From: a virus
Virus record (IMG/VR): IMGVR_UViG_3300028920_000027
Coordinates: 1-64,000 of that record
Strand: one strand, 5' to 3'
Length of the DNA stretch: 64,000 bases
The translations under genes were made by a program, and so were the position numbers. Positions 8,543 to 17,836 of this stretch are shown here, piece by piece. Position 1 is the first letter of the stretch. Each line of letters opens with the position of its first letter. The notes under the pieces were generated by a model that was not told where the DNA came from, made no database searches, and was given only the letters and a program-made list of their open reading frames with translations.

Positions 8543-9912
8543 CAGAAGCCTCCTCCAAACCACGTAGCATAGCGGTCAATTGCGGTAATAGGGGCCGCAG
8601 CAAATGCTACGACAGAGTGAGCTTGAATATTCAAATTGCCGGAAAAACTCCAAGACATAGAATAGGTGCCTGAAGAGACTGCTGTCTTGTAGCTGCTCAT
8701 ATGGTTAAGCGGAGAAGCATACAAGTCATTGACCAGAGTCTGCCCAGACCCCGCGACCCCTGTGATGTCGAACCCTCCCCCAGCGTCAACATCAACGATC
8801 AGCACGTTGTTGTTAGGGGCCGTCGAAATGTTCGTAGAGATCGTAGACGATGCCGACACCGTACCCGTACCAGCGTCTGCAAAGGGAGCCTCCTGTTTTG
8901 TTGCTCGCAGTAGAATGGCCGTAGCCACAACTTGTGCGCTCCCAGACGACGTGATCCGAAGGGTGTAGGACCCAAGGCTTGGTATGTCTGTATCTAGCAA
9001 GTACCAAATACTAGACCGAACACCAAACCCGAAAGCCCCGTCCCCACTATATTGAGTGAATGCCTCGGTCAAGTTGATAGCCAACCCGCCAGGGTCTAGG
9101 ACTACTGAGTCAATCGCGGTAGCTGAGGCCGAGGAGCCTCGCGTTGATATGAGAGCCCCCAGAACCCTACTGGAATAATCTTGCAAAGTCACTGTGAAGT
9201 CAAGCGGAGATCCCGAGGCTGACCCGGAATACGTGCTAACAACTTGCGGAGTTGAAGGCTCGCCATTCTCCGACTCCTCATAAGAAGCCATGGCGATTGC
9301 CAGACGATTGCTGGCAGTGGCGTTCGTGAAACCATGAGTGTAGTCCCCAGCCGTAGTCGTGAACTCCGAGCTGATAGCGCCCTCGCACGACGACATGTCT
9401 GCCTGACCCTGCAACGTCTGCCCGCCTTGAGTGGGGGTGAGAGTGCGACCTCCATCTCCAGAGATGGCGACACTCAGTACCAGGGCATTGTCAGTGACCG
9501 TCGTGAGAGTGTCACTGACTGTGGTGTTGTTCGTGACGCTATTGCCCGTCGTCGCCTCAGCAGGCTGATCCTTCACACCCACCAGGTTGCAAATGAACAG
9601 AGCTATCTCATCGACCGTCGTAGAAAGGTTGACTGATAGTGTGTAGCTCCCCGCAACTGGAAGAGCTGCCTCGCCAATCGACCAAAACTCCGCGATGTTT
9701 GAGTACCCGGCGGAAATGATCTCTCGAACATCCTGTGCAAGGGGCTGCCCATTGATCGTGACACCTTGGACGACAGCCGCCGAACCGTCCTCGATGATAA
9801 TCCCCACGACCATCCTGCGATCGGAACCGCTACCTACTGTTGTGCTGGAACGGTTCCAAGTCGATAGATTGGTGTTGGTGGCAACAACAACGCTGTCAAT
9901 GGAAATAGCCAC
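8542..9912 (-). CDS. Ser/Thr-rich two-domain adhesin-like tail protein
   Basis: 456 aa with two similar ~200-aa halves (TVSDTLTTVTDNALVLSVA vs TISTNISTAPNNNVLIVDVD). Confidence 0.65.
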   Translation of the reverse strand: MAISIDSVVVATNTNLSTWNRSSTTVGSGSDRRMVVGIIIEDGSAAVVQGVTINGQPLAQDVREIISAGYSNIAEFWSIGEAALPVAGSYTLSVNLSTTVDEIALFICNLVGVKDQPAEATTGNSVTNNTTVSDTLTTVTDNALVLSVAISGDGGRTLTPTQGGQTLQGQADMSSCEGAISSEFTTTAGDYTHGFTNATASNRLAIAMASYEESENGEPSTPQVVSTYSGSASGSPLDFTVTLQDYSSRVLGALISTRGSSASATAIDSVVLDPGGLAINLTEAFTQYSGDGAFGFGVRSSIWYLLDTDIPSLGSYTLRITSSGSAQVVATAILLRATKQEAPFADAGTGTVSASSTISTNISTAPNNNVLIVDVDAGGGFDITGVAGSGQTLVNDLYASPLNHMSSYKTAVSSGTYSMSWSFSGNLNIQAHSVVAFAAAPITAIDRYATWFGGGF

Positions 9913-9915
9913 AAA

Positions 9916-12342
9916 CTACCCCCAAAGATCGGCGTCGCCATAGTACCCAGCCGACGCGCCCCGATACTCAAAGGTGAAAATGTACTCATCCCCCGTAGCC
10001 CCCGAGCTCAAGTCCGGGGTCTGAGCTTGCCGCCACTTCACTGAAGACCAACCCGTCAGGCTATATCCACCAGAACCCCCTTGCAGGACTCGAAGAGAAT
10101 AGCGACCGGGAGCCGCGTTGCTGAAGTTGATAGTGGCCACGTTGCCCGTCAGGGTCACAGTCTGAACGTTGCCGTTGGACCAATCAACGTTCAACGTTCC
10201 AGAAACACTACCAATGGTGTATTCGCTGTTAAAGCTGGCCCTCTTGATGGCATAGATGCTCTGGTTTTGTGCATCAAGGTCACCGCCGAGCTGCGGGGTG
10301 AGGTCGTCGACCAAATTCTCCATGACAATGATGGTCGTGACATCCAGGATATTGACATCGGCCGTGTGGTTGTCGATGTAGTTGACGCCAACCTTGTTCG
10401 CCGTGTTGCCATTGGCGATGTACAGCCCGTCCCCATCGTTGTCTGAGACACGGTTACCAAGAATAACGGAGTAGTTGCTGTCTCCAGACTGAGGGGCCTC
10501 GATCCCGTTCCCCCCGTTGCCAACAACCTCGTTGAGGGACACTACACACGAGTCCCCCTTGATGGAGATGCCCGCACCGCCGTTGTCTCTCACCTTCCCA
10601 TTCACGAATGTGGAGTCGGGACCACAGTGCACACCGATCCCTCCGTTGCCGACTACAACAGCGGAGGCGCACGCCGTGCTCGTTCCAGCCAGGTAGACTC
10701 CCTCTTGCCCATTGTTGAGGGAGATCAGGTCCGTAATGGAGGTCTTGTCCGACGCTGAATCGAAGTATGCCCCGCGCGTATTGTTCCTTCGCACATTCGT
10801 TCCAGAGATGACCGTCCCAACACACCCAGTGCCGACATCTATCCCACACCCGTTGTTCAGTGCTGAAAAGATCTTGTTAAGCCCGGTGGTATTACAATTG
10901 GACAGGTAGATGCCGCCCGAAGCGCCGCCAATCAAAGCGCAGGTATCAAACACGATAGAGCTGCTTCTAGACAACTCCACATTGTACCCAGAGGTAGAGC
11001 CGTAAAATGCAGAACTGTTGACGATGATAGAAGCAGAATCCTCGATCTTCAGGTTCGTGGCGTTGCCCATGGCCAACGCCTTGTAGATGACCGCGCTGGA
11101 CCCTGCCCGGATGGAGATGCCAGCCGTTGTGGACCCTGTGACCAGGAACCCACTGAGACGGAACCGATGAGTAGTCTCGGCGATATAGGACAAGCCAGAT
11201 GCACTGGGCCCTAGCCATGGGCCCTGCACAGTAAGCTGCGTGTCAGACGCGATAGAAACTATCGGAAGGAGAATGATCCCATCAACCGTGATGACGTCTC
11301 CTGGGCTCAGGTTCGTGAACGTAGTGCTTGTGCCCGTAATGACCGCAGACCCGTAGGTGGCTGCCACCGTGCCCGCTGTCTCAACGGAACCACCCGACCC
11401 ATCCACCTTGAGCGAGTATGCCCCACCGTTGAACGTGATGATCGTGCCTTCCTCGCAGTGCAGATCCCCGCCATTCGGCAGGACAATGTCAGCGGTCTCC
11501 ACGTAGGTACCAACGTGAACAAATACCTTCTGGTTACCCGCTGCAAACGCCGCCGCGATAGAGGTGTAGTCCGCGGTACCATCATTGGCGCAAACAGCGT
11601 CGTATGCCGACTTACTCGGAACGAAGTCTACACCGCCACTCCCGTCTGGGGTCAACACGTGCTGAACATGACCATCTGTCATGTCTGCCGTATCCATCCC
11701 ATCGACGAGGTTGAGGGTGAAGTCCTTATCCGGAACCGTCATGGTTCGCAGGATACTGGTCGTCAAACCACTGAGGTCAAACGCGGCCTTCTTCGTAGGG
11801 TCCCCCGAATTTATTACACGAAAGAGGCTGTCCAGCACCTCTGTCACGGCGTGCGTGTGGTCAGACCGCGACAGGGACGTCGCGGTTCCTTCCGCGTTAG
11901 CAGAACCAGTAGAAACAGCAGCCGCCGTAGAAACGTCGTGCTTGTGATCCTGCCGGGCAGCCTCCGAAGAGGAGCCGACAGATGCTGCGGCCCGGGTAAC
12001 GTTGACGGGGGCAGTGCTGGTGACCACCGCGGCCCCGATCTGAGTGGGAGTGACCGAGTGAGGGTTCCCTGTGTCGTCCACGTGTGTGTCGAACGTCTCC
12101 TGAGTCACCCCAGCCTGTTGAGCCGCAACATTCGTGATGGGCTGAGCATTCTCGTCGACAACCGTAATGTACCCCGCACTGATCGCGTTCTGGACATCTG
12201 CCGACCGCCGAAGCTCCTCCATAGAGAACTCTAAGAGAAGGTCCAAATTGCTAACGGGATGCGGGATCGAACGGGCACCCAAATCGTCGAGGACAACCGG
12301 AGTCTGTGTACCCGAAGTCGTCACCAGAAATTGCTGAGCCAT
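9916..12342 (-). CDS. Tail fibre/tailspike with right-handed parallel beta-helix (pectin-lyase fold)
   Basis: 808 aa. DYTSIAAAFAAG..VFVHVGTYVE helix cap; repeated N(N)GxxGIxI coils; C-terminal DWSNGNVQTVTLTGN...VKW..PDLS fibre domain. Confidence 0.85.
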   Translation of the reverse strand: MAQQFLVTTSGTQTPVVLDDLGARSIPHPVSNLDLLLEFSMEELRRSADVQNAISAGYITVVDENAQPITNVAAQQAGVTQETFDTHVDDTGNPHSVTPTQIGAAVVTSTAPVNVTRAAASVGSSSEAARQDHKHDVSTAAAVSTGSANAEGTATSLSRSDHTHAVTEVLDSLFRVINSGDPTKKAAFDLSGLTTSILRTMTVPDKDFTLNLVDGMDTADMTDGHVQHVLTPDGSGGVDFVPSKSAYDAVCANDGTADYTSIAAAFAAGNQKVFVHVGTYVETADIVLPNGGDLHCEEGTIITFNGGAYSLKVDGSGGSVETAGTVAATYGSAVITGTSTTFTNLSPGDVITVDGIILLPIVSIASDTQLTVQGPWLGPSASGLSYIAETTHRFRLSGFLVTGSTTAGISIRAGSSAVIYKALAMGNATNLKIEDSASIIVNSSAFYGSTSGYNVELSRSSSIVFDTCALIGGASGGIYLSNCNTTGLNKIFSALNNGCGIDVGTGCVGTVISGTNVRRNNTRGAYFDSASDKTSITDLISLNNGQEGVYLAGTSTACASAVVVGNGGIGVHCGPDSTFVNGKVRDNGGAGISIKGDSCVVSLNEVVGNGGNGIEAPQSGDSNYSVILGNRVSDNDGDGLYIANGNTANKVGVNYIDNHTADVNILDVTTIIVMENLVDDLTPQLGGDLDAQNQSIYAIKRASFNSEYTIGSVSGTLNVDWSNGNVQTVTLTGNVATINFSNAAPGRYSLRVLQGGSGGYSLTGWSSVKWRQAQTPDLSSGATGDEYIFTFEYRGASAGYYGDADLWG

Positions 12343-12347
12343 GCTGA

Positions 12348-12833
12348 CTACCTCTTCTTGAAGACCGCGGTGATTGTCGGGTAGGAAATGTTGGTCCCGA
12401 GGCAGTAAAGCTGGATCCCATCCCCGGCATCGAAGTCAATGCTGAGGTCGTTTCGGAAGGCACTTGTCGCCGCCGTGATGTTGAGGATGGCCCCTGAAAC
12501 CAACGTACCGCCCAACCGAACCTGGGCCTGCCACGTCTGAGAGGCGCTCCCAGATGCCCCCATACCGATCAACGTGCTGTCGATGGGAAGGATGATCGGA
12601 GACAGGTTCGTTGGGACGTTCTGATGGTACCGAAGATATAGATCGGTCGTGTTCAAACTGGCTCGGCTCGCTCCCACAGCGAAAAGGTCATCCAACGCCC
12701 CCGCCGCCACCAAAGGGTAGACGGTCCCATCCGAAAGACGGACATAGAACCCGTCGGTCTTCGGGTACAGTAACATCTCTCCCGCCGCAGGTGTCGGGGG
12801 ATCCGTGGTCCTCTGTTGGAGCCGAAAGGTCAT
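12348..12833 (-). CDS. Putative fibre-associated protein
   Basis: Start MTFRLQQ at 12833 (ATGA overlap). PPTPAAGEMLLYPKTDGFY motif is common in phage fibre proteins. Confidence 0.65.
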   Translation of the reverse strand: MTFRLQQRTTDPPTPAAGEMLLYPKTDGFYVRLSDGTVYPLVAAGALDDLFAVGASRASLNTTDLYLRYHQNVPTNLSPIILPIDSTLIGMGASGSASQTWQAQVRLGGTLVSGAILNITAATSAFRNDLSIDFDAGDGIQLYCLGTNISYPTITAVFKKR

Positions 12834-13285
12834 ACCTCTACAATCTCCCCCCCGTCGATCACGGAGTACTCTTCGTTGACGCAATCAAAGCAAGTGAAAT
12901 CGGCTACAGGGTAGCTTTGCGTCGCCTGCACCGAAAAGCTCGACCGGCAGGACCTATCGAGTACGAATTCTGGGACGGTGAAGGGTACCCAGTCTGCGGC
13001 TCCTGGAGTCCCGTCTCTCAGAATGAACGATTCACCACTAGTCGAATTCAGCCACAGCATGCCAGCCCCAAACCCCGCGGAACTATCATCCGTCGCCGTG
13101 GGGTTCAGAAAGGAGCTCACATAGACGGCTCGAACTGTGAAGAGCCCAAGGACGTCTCGAGATCGAAGCTGTCCCCCAACATATCGGACTCCGCCTGTCT
13201 CAGGAGGGTCACCCGCTGCGTTCTCTTCGAGAATCAGGCCTTCTTCGGTCCGCTCTCCGGGAAATCTATCAGGAGTCCGCGGCAT
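12830..13285 (-). CDS. Putative fibre-associated protein
   Basis: 151 aa. NPTATDDSSAGFGAGMLWLNSTSGESFILRDGTPGAADW module is typical of phage fibre proteins. Confidence 0.7.
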   Translation of the reverse strand: MPRTPDRFPGERTEEGLILEENAAGDPPETGGVRYVGGQLRSRDVLGLFTVRAVYVSSFLNPTATDDSSAGFGAGMLWLNSTSGESFILRDGTPGAADWVPFTVPEFVLDRSCRSSFSVQATQSYPVADFTCFDCVNEEYSVIDGGEIVEV

Positions 13286-13907
13286 CCTTCCCTTTCGCTT
13301 TCTTCGCAGGTGCCTTCTTCGCAGGTGCCTTCTTCGCAGGTGCCTTCTTCGCAGGTGCAGGTGCCGGGTCCCCTCGAGCCTCCAGCCTTCGAGCGGCCAA
13401 GTCGTTGGCAGGGCGCACGCCGTCAGGTCGGGTGTCGGGCGGTCCCCGATGAAGAGGGGCTACCTTCCCGTCGGACTCGTCCCCTTCAAGAACGATCTCC
13501 CCATTCTCCAATGCCTTCTGGTAGTTCACAACCTTCCGCTCGTTGTCCCACTGCCTCTTGGTGATCTCATAGGACCGCAACAGCCCTTCCAGTCTACCCT
13601 GGCCTTGGAGGTGTGCCGCGTTCGCCTGAGTGGCCAGGTTCTCCAAAGAGAGCGCCGCCTTGAGCAGGTACTCCTTGATCAGCTTCTTGACCAGGAGAGG
13701 GTCCCCAAACTCCGAGAACTTGCCGTTATCACAGTCAGTATCCACTGCCTTGAAGACACTCTGCATCTTCTCCAAGGCATTGACCAGAGCAGTGTGCCCA
13801 CCCTTTTCTTCATAAAGGCGGGCCCTCGCCTCCGTCGCCTGCGCATCCAGCTCCTTCCCGATCCCTTGCAGGGTCAGGATTTTGACTTCAGCTTTGGCTA
13901 GATTCAT
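13269..13907 (-). CDS. Coiled-coil protein with histone-H1-like PAKKA tail
   Basis: Start MNLAK at 13907 with GGAG RBS; helical N-terminus; C-terminal (PAKKA)x4. Confidence 0.75.
   Translation of the reverse strand: MNLAKAEVKILTLQGIGKELDAQATEARARLYEEKGGHTALVNALEKMQSVFKAVDTDCDNGKFSEFGDPLLVKKLIKEYLLKAALSLENLATQANAAHLQGQGRLEGLLRSYEITKRQWDNERKVVNYQKALENGEIVLEGDESDGKVAPLHRGPPDTRPDGVRPANDLAARRLEARGDPAPAPAKKAPAKKAPAKKAPAKKAKGKDAADS
13300..13358. repeat. 15-bp tandem repeat x4 (encodes PAKKA)
   Basis: ttcttcgcaggtgcc repeated four times, last copy one base short. Confidence 0.95.
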
Positions 13908-13920
13908 CCGATCTCCATCT

Positions 13921-13955
13921 AAAAAGGGGGCCAAGGCGCGATTGGCCTGACCCCC
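13921..13955 (-). terminator. Intrinsic terminator
   Basis: Minus strand: GGGGGTCAGG-loop-CCTTGGCCCCC followed by TTTTT, downstream of 13978-15522. Confidence 0.75.
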
Positions 13956-13977
13956 CTTGGCTTACCCAGTCAGGTTA

Positions 13978-15522
13978 TCAACCCCAAACGATCATCGTGA
14001 TGACGTCGGGATTGCCGCCCCCCTTGACGTTGAACTCGAACATAAGGTCCCCATTCGCAGGAGTTGTGCCAGGGTAGACGTCGTGATTGGCCGCCGCGTC
14101 GGCGCCATTCCGCAGCAAGACGCCGTTGAGGTAGATATCCACGTCGGTGAGGAAGGTCGCGCTGCTGTAGTCCGGCAGCTGAGCGTCAAGATTGGGTGTT
14201 CCTCCTGCGCCTGTGACGTTGGTGTCGGGCGGGACGTTGGCCGTCAGCACGGCCACGCCCTTGGTGCGGCTGAGCCCAGCCGAAGCGTACAACTGGTTCA
14301 TGGCGTCTAGGAGGCTGACCTCGCCGAAGTTCGCCTCGAAGCTGTCCCACTCCGTTGTGGTCTCGGAGAGCTTGATGCCATCCGTCTGCGCCCATGTGGA
14401 GCCCGTCTGGTTACCGTCGTCGAGGTATAGCTCGCCTGCACCCAAAACGCGAAGGTCGTTGGTGCTCGTGGATTCAATAACACCCGCATTGACGCCGAGC
14501 TGAAGATCCTGGCCAGCCGAATCGACCGTGACCCCCCCAGCGAAATCCACTGTCGTCGAGTTGACGTCGAGGGTATCGCCTTGGATGCGTACGGTGTCAC
14601 CGCCGGCCGTGGGCACGACCTCGAAGAGGGCCGTCGTACCACTGGGTTCGTAGAAGCCCCAGGTCTGGGCGTCGGCGATGTTGACCTGGATCGAGCTGGT
14701 CTGGCCGACCGCGCCCGACTGATTGTCGATGGCGTTCTGAAGGGTGACGTCGACACTGCCTGCCTGATCGATAAAAGTGCCCGATAGAAAGGCTTCTTCA
14801 GGTACGTTGTCGAAGGCCACGCGCCGCACATAGGCGTAGTTGATCGAGGCGTTCTCGATGTCCGCAACGGGGACGGCTTCGAGGTCGTCACCCGTCGAGT
14901 TGATACGCACAAACGACAGCTGGACTCGGTTGGGGGTCGTCGTGGTGATGGTGTGCCCGTCGGTCGCGTTTTCCGACTGGATCAGCGCGTAAACCGTGCG
15001 GTTGTCGCTGAGAATGGGATCACCGGTCGACCCATCACGAACGATGCAAAGGTTCTTTGGACTGATTGCCGAACTGCCCGCCACCTCATCCAGGGCATGC
15101 GACCCGAAGGTCCCACCGTGGGCAGCCACGACGGTACCTTCCGTGGTCGAAGCCGCGCCGACCGCCGCGGTCGTGATGCTCGGGATTTCCCCTGATCCCA
15201 AGACCACATAGTTGTTGCTCGCCCCCACAGTGATGTCGGCCAGTGACTGCACTCGGAAGAGTAGTCGCTTCTCCTCGATGTCATCAAGGTCCGTGTTGAG
15301 CCCCAAAAGCGAACGCTTCTTGGCATTGACGGTGGGGATGTCGTCGTACCACGCGCCCGCTTGGTCATCAAGGATTCGACTGACCTGAGAACGTAGAGAA
15401 TTGAGGTCATCCTCAATATTAGCCGCCGCCGTTTCGAGGGCGGCCTGCCCAGCAGCAATGGTGTCATCGTAGACATCAGACTGCCGAATCTGGGTGTCCT
15501 GGCGAACGAAGGTGCGCGACAT
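13978..15522 (-). CDS. Virion structural (fibre-like) protein
   Basis: 514 aa, acidic and Ala/Thr/Gly-rich, short N-terminal coiled coil; AAGGA RBS; late motif upstream; terminator downstream. Confidence 0.7.
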   Translation of the reverse strand: MSRTFVRQDTQIRQSDVYDDTIAAGQAALETAAANIEDDLNSLRSQVSRILDDQAGAWYDDIPTVNAKKRSLLGLNTDLDDIEEKRLLFRVQSLADITVGASNNYVVLGSGEIPSITTAAVGAASTTEGTVVAAHGGTFGSHALDEVAGSSAISPKNLCIVRDGSTGDPILSDNRTVYALIQSENATDGHTITTTTPNRVQLSFVRINSTGDDLEAVPVADIENASINYAYVRRVAFDNVPEEAFLSGTFIDQAGSVDVTLQNAIDNQSGAVGQTSSIQVNIADAQTWGFYEPSGTTALFEVVPTAGGDTVRIQGDTLDVNSTTVDFAGGVTVDSAGQDLQLGVNAGVIESTSTNDLRVLGAGELYLDDGNQTGSTWAQTDGIKLSETTTEWDSFEANFGEVSLLDAMNQLYASAGLSRTKGVAVLTANVPPDTNVTGAGGTPNLDAQLPDYSSATFLTDVDIYLNGVLLRNGADAAANHDVYPGTTPANGDLMFEFNVKGGGNPDVITMIVWG

Positions 15523-15570
15523 GAGCTATCCTTAGGTCGGGTCCGTGGGTCTTCTCTGCTAAGGGTGGGC

Positions 15571-15579
15571 ATAAATGAG
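15571..15579 (-). promoter_or_regulatory. Candidate late-promoter motif CTCATTTAT
   Basis: Intergenic, 48 nt upstream of ATG 15522. Confidence 0.5.
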
Positions 15580-15588
15580 CTATTGGGC

Positions 15589-15915
15589 TCACGGCCCGTC
15601 CGTCGCGATGTAGTCAATCAACAAATGGTCCCCCGGACGGGGAGCCACTTCAAGGACTACAGTGTCATACCCCATGCCGAAGCCTTCACTCTCGTAGATC
15701 GTGTAGTCGTCGATCAGCGTCAAGCGGATGCCGTTGAAGTAGACCTGGATGGTCAGAAACGGCAGGTTGTGTGTGAATTTGTCCGGTGCTGGGACGGTGT
15801 AAACAACATTGACCCCATCCACCGGCCCAGCCAGCTGTTGCCCCGTCCGAAATCTCGCCGCAGCGATGTACTGCTGGGCAAGACTTTGAGGGTTGAGGTA
15901 GTTGAGAAGGTACAC
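15589..15915 (-). CDS. Small beta-sandwich virion protein
   Basis: 108 aa. GPVDGVNVVYT...IQVYFNGIRL..IDDYT...LLIDY repeat unit seen in phage fibre/baseplate proteins. Confidence 0.7.
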   Translation of the reverse strand: MYLLNYLNPQSLAQQYIAAARFRTGQQLAGPVDGVNVVYTVPAPDKFTHNLPFLTIQVYFNGIRLTLIDDYTIYESEGFGMGYDTVVLEVAPRPGDHLLIDYIATDGP

Positions 15916-15934
15916 ACTGGCGACTCAGCGGAGG

Positions 15935-16576
15935 TCACTCGGGAAACAAATTGGTAAAGCTCAGCGAAAAGTCCACAGCAGCTCCGTCTCCACGTACCAA
16001 GACCAAGGACTGTCCACCGTTCACATGCTTCAAGCTGTTTTGAGCTACCACGAGGGTCTCCGGGCCACCCAACTGGTAAGCCACGTAGAGGCCCGCCGTC
16101 GCGTGATGGTTGACGAACGTCAAGTCGTCCATGCTACGAGGGAGCTGGAGGACCAAGGAGCCTGCAACCGTCCCCGTGTTGGGAGCCACTCCGGCAACAT
16201 TGATCCGGCCGGTCCCATGATTCTCAGGGTCAGTCAGGACAAGGGCGCCCGCCGTCGTATCGACGTCGCTACCCGAGAAGTCTACCGTCACCATCCGCAG
16301 CCAAAAGTGCTGGTTGTCAGGGATGCTGAAGGTGGCGGGATTGAATGCCGCGCGGACCCGATTGGTCCCAGGGTACGAGTTGAGTGCGGCCAGGTTGATC
16401 CCAGTGGCCTTGTCCCGATCGAGAAATCCCGACTGCACCGTCGCCGTGAAGATGGCAGTGTAGCTCGCGTCAAAGTTGGTGGCCCACTCGAACCGGTAAC
16501 CTTCGATACCGGCCTGCTTGGGGATCAGGATGTCCAGTAAGCCGGGTCGGCGTCGCACGATCGAAAAGTCGTTCAT
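15935..16576 (-). CDS. Hypothetical protein
   Basis: 213 aa; overlaps the upstream stop (ATGA). Confidence 0.7.
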   Translation of the reverse strand: MNDFSIVRRRPGLLDILIPKQAGIEGYRFEWATNFDASYTAIFTATVQSGFLDRDKATGINLAALNSYPGTNRVRAAFNPATFSIPDNQHFWLRMVTVDFSGSDVDTTAGALVLTDPENHGTGRINVAGVAPNTGTVAGSLVLQLPRSMDDLTFVNHHATAGLYVAYQLGGPETLVVAQNSLKHVNGGQSLVLVRGDGAAVDFSLSFTNLFPE

Positions 16577-16977
16577 CCTGTCTTCTCCTTGGCCACAAGG
16601 GAATCATAGGTGCTCGCCGACAGGTCTCCCTTGTCGGACCGAGCTTGTTCTTGGGCGTCCTTCCAATCCTCAGCCTCTGTACCTTCGTAGTTGGGGACGA
16701 GCTTGGGCTTGAACACGTGGTCCTTCTCACGGCGCCGCATCTCATCGGCGCGAGCACGACGGTAGTTGTTCTCGCGACTACTCTTGCTGATCCAGCCGCC
16801 ACTCACCCCATCCCTCATCACGAAGTTGGGGTTGCCCGGGTTGAAGACAAGCTCAAGGGGCCGTCCTTGGCCGTCCTCAATGGTCAGCTCGCCTGCCTTG
16901 ACGGCATCGTAGTCGGAGAAGCTCAGCCGCTTCTGGCTGGTCTGCCCGTCCTGGTTTCTGAAAGTATACGTTGGCAT
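16573..16977 (-). CDS. FmdB-like small protein lacking Zn-ribbon cysteines
   Basis: Start MPTYTFRNQDG at 16977 with GAGGA RBS. MPTYxF start resembles the FmdB family but has no CxxC. Confidence 0.55.
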   Translation of the reverse strand: MPTYTFRNQDGQTSQKRLSFSDYDAVKAGELTIEDGQGRPLELVFNPGNPNFVMRDGVSGGWISKSSRENNYRRARADEMRRREKDHVFKPKLVPNYEGTEAEDWKDAQEQARSDKGDLSASTYDSLVAKEKTG

Positions 16978-16984
16978 CCGATCC

Positions 16985-17836
16985 TCATCTGTTGGGTTTC
17001 CTGCCCCGCGAAGGTGTTTTCTTGGGGAGCGGAATCGACCAGTCCTTCGTCGCATAGAGCACTGCGGCGACGTGCTTGCAAACGAAGTTCTCCCGGTCCG
17101 GGTCGCGAATATCGGGGGCACTGGCGGTCCCCTGAAGCTTACCTAGTTGGTACTTCTCGCTGGTCGAGTGGAACTCAGGCCCCTGCCATCGCCACGCAGG
17201 ACAGGTGCAGCTCAGTTCCAAGTCCATCTTGGCGAGCTGTGTCACGTTCCCCTTGCGCACCGCCCGCAACTTTACCGTGTAGTCGTGATTACCCTTCACA
17301 TTGAAGACCCAACGGAGATTGGCTCGGTCGATGCGCTTGACCGTGACTTCAGCACGACTGGCCCGGTCCAGTATCTTGGGGTTGAGCCCGTCCAGAATCT
17401 CGCCGAGCTTACGGGCGACCCGTACCCCCACCTCCGCCACGAAAGCGCGCACAGGGGTAAATTTGAGCCGGTACAGCTCAGCTACGAAGTGGGCCGAGGC
17501 ATTGTGGGAGTTGGGCACGCCGTCGCGGTAGGGGTACTTGGTCTTCGGGCTGTTCGAGTGGTCGCCCAGACCGCCGTACCCCGTGTCCCCTGATTGCCCC
17601 CGTTCATCTTGCCGGGTCTGGTGCTTGGCGAGGTCGTAGGGCCCATCGACCCGATGCATGCTGGTGTCGCTCTTGGTGTGCTCACGGGTGTGATCACCCG
17701 GCTTGGCGAAAGTCTTGGTCCCCGGAACGCTCTCGTCCAAAGGCAAACCTCGGCCAGCCGGCTCACCCTCGGGAAGTTGGGATTCAGCCGTCGTCGTGTC
17801 GCCATAGGGCGGACGGGTGACGAGAGGCTGCATCAT
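16985..17836 (-). CDS. SWIM zinc-finger protein
   Basis: LSCTCPAW...FVCKHVAAVL fits the SWIM CxC-xn-CxH motif. Confidence 0.8.
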   Translation of the reverse strand: MMQPLVTRPPYGDTTTAESQLPEGEPAGRGLPLDESVPGTKTFAKPGDHTREHTKSDTSMHRVDGPYDLAKHQTRQDERGQSGDTGYGGLGDHSNSPKTKYPYRDGVPNSHNASAHFVAELYRLKFTPVRAFVAEVGVRVARKLGEILDGLNPKILDRASRAEVTVKRIDRANLRWVFNVKGNHDYTVKLRAVRKGNVTQLAKMDLELSCTCPAWRWQGPEFHSTSEKYQLGKLQGTASAPDIRDPDRENFVCKHVAAVLYATKDWSIPLPKKTPSRGRKPNR

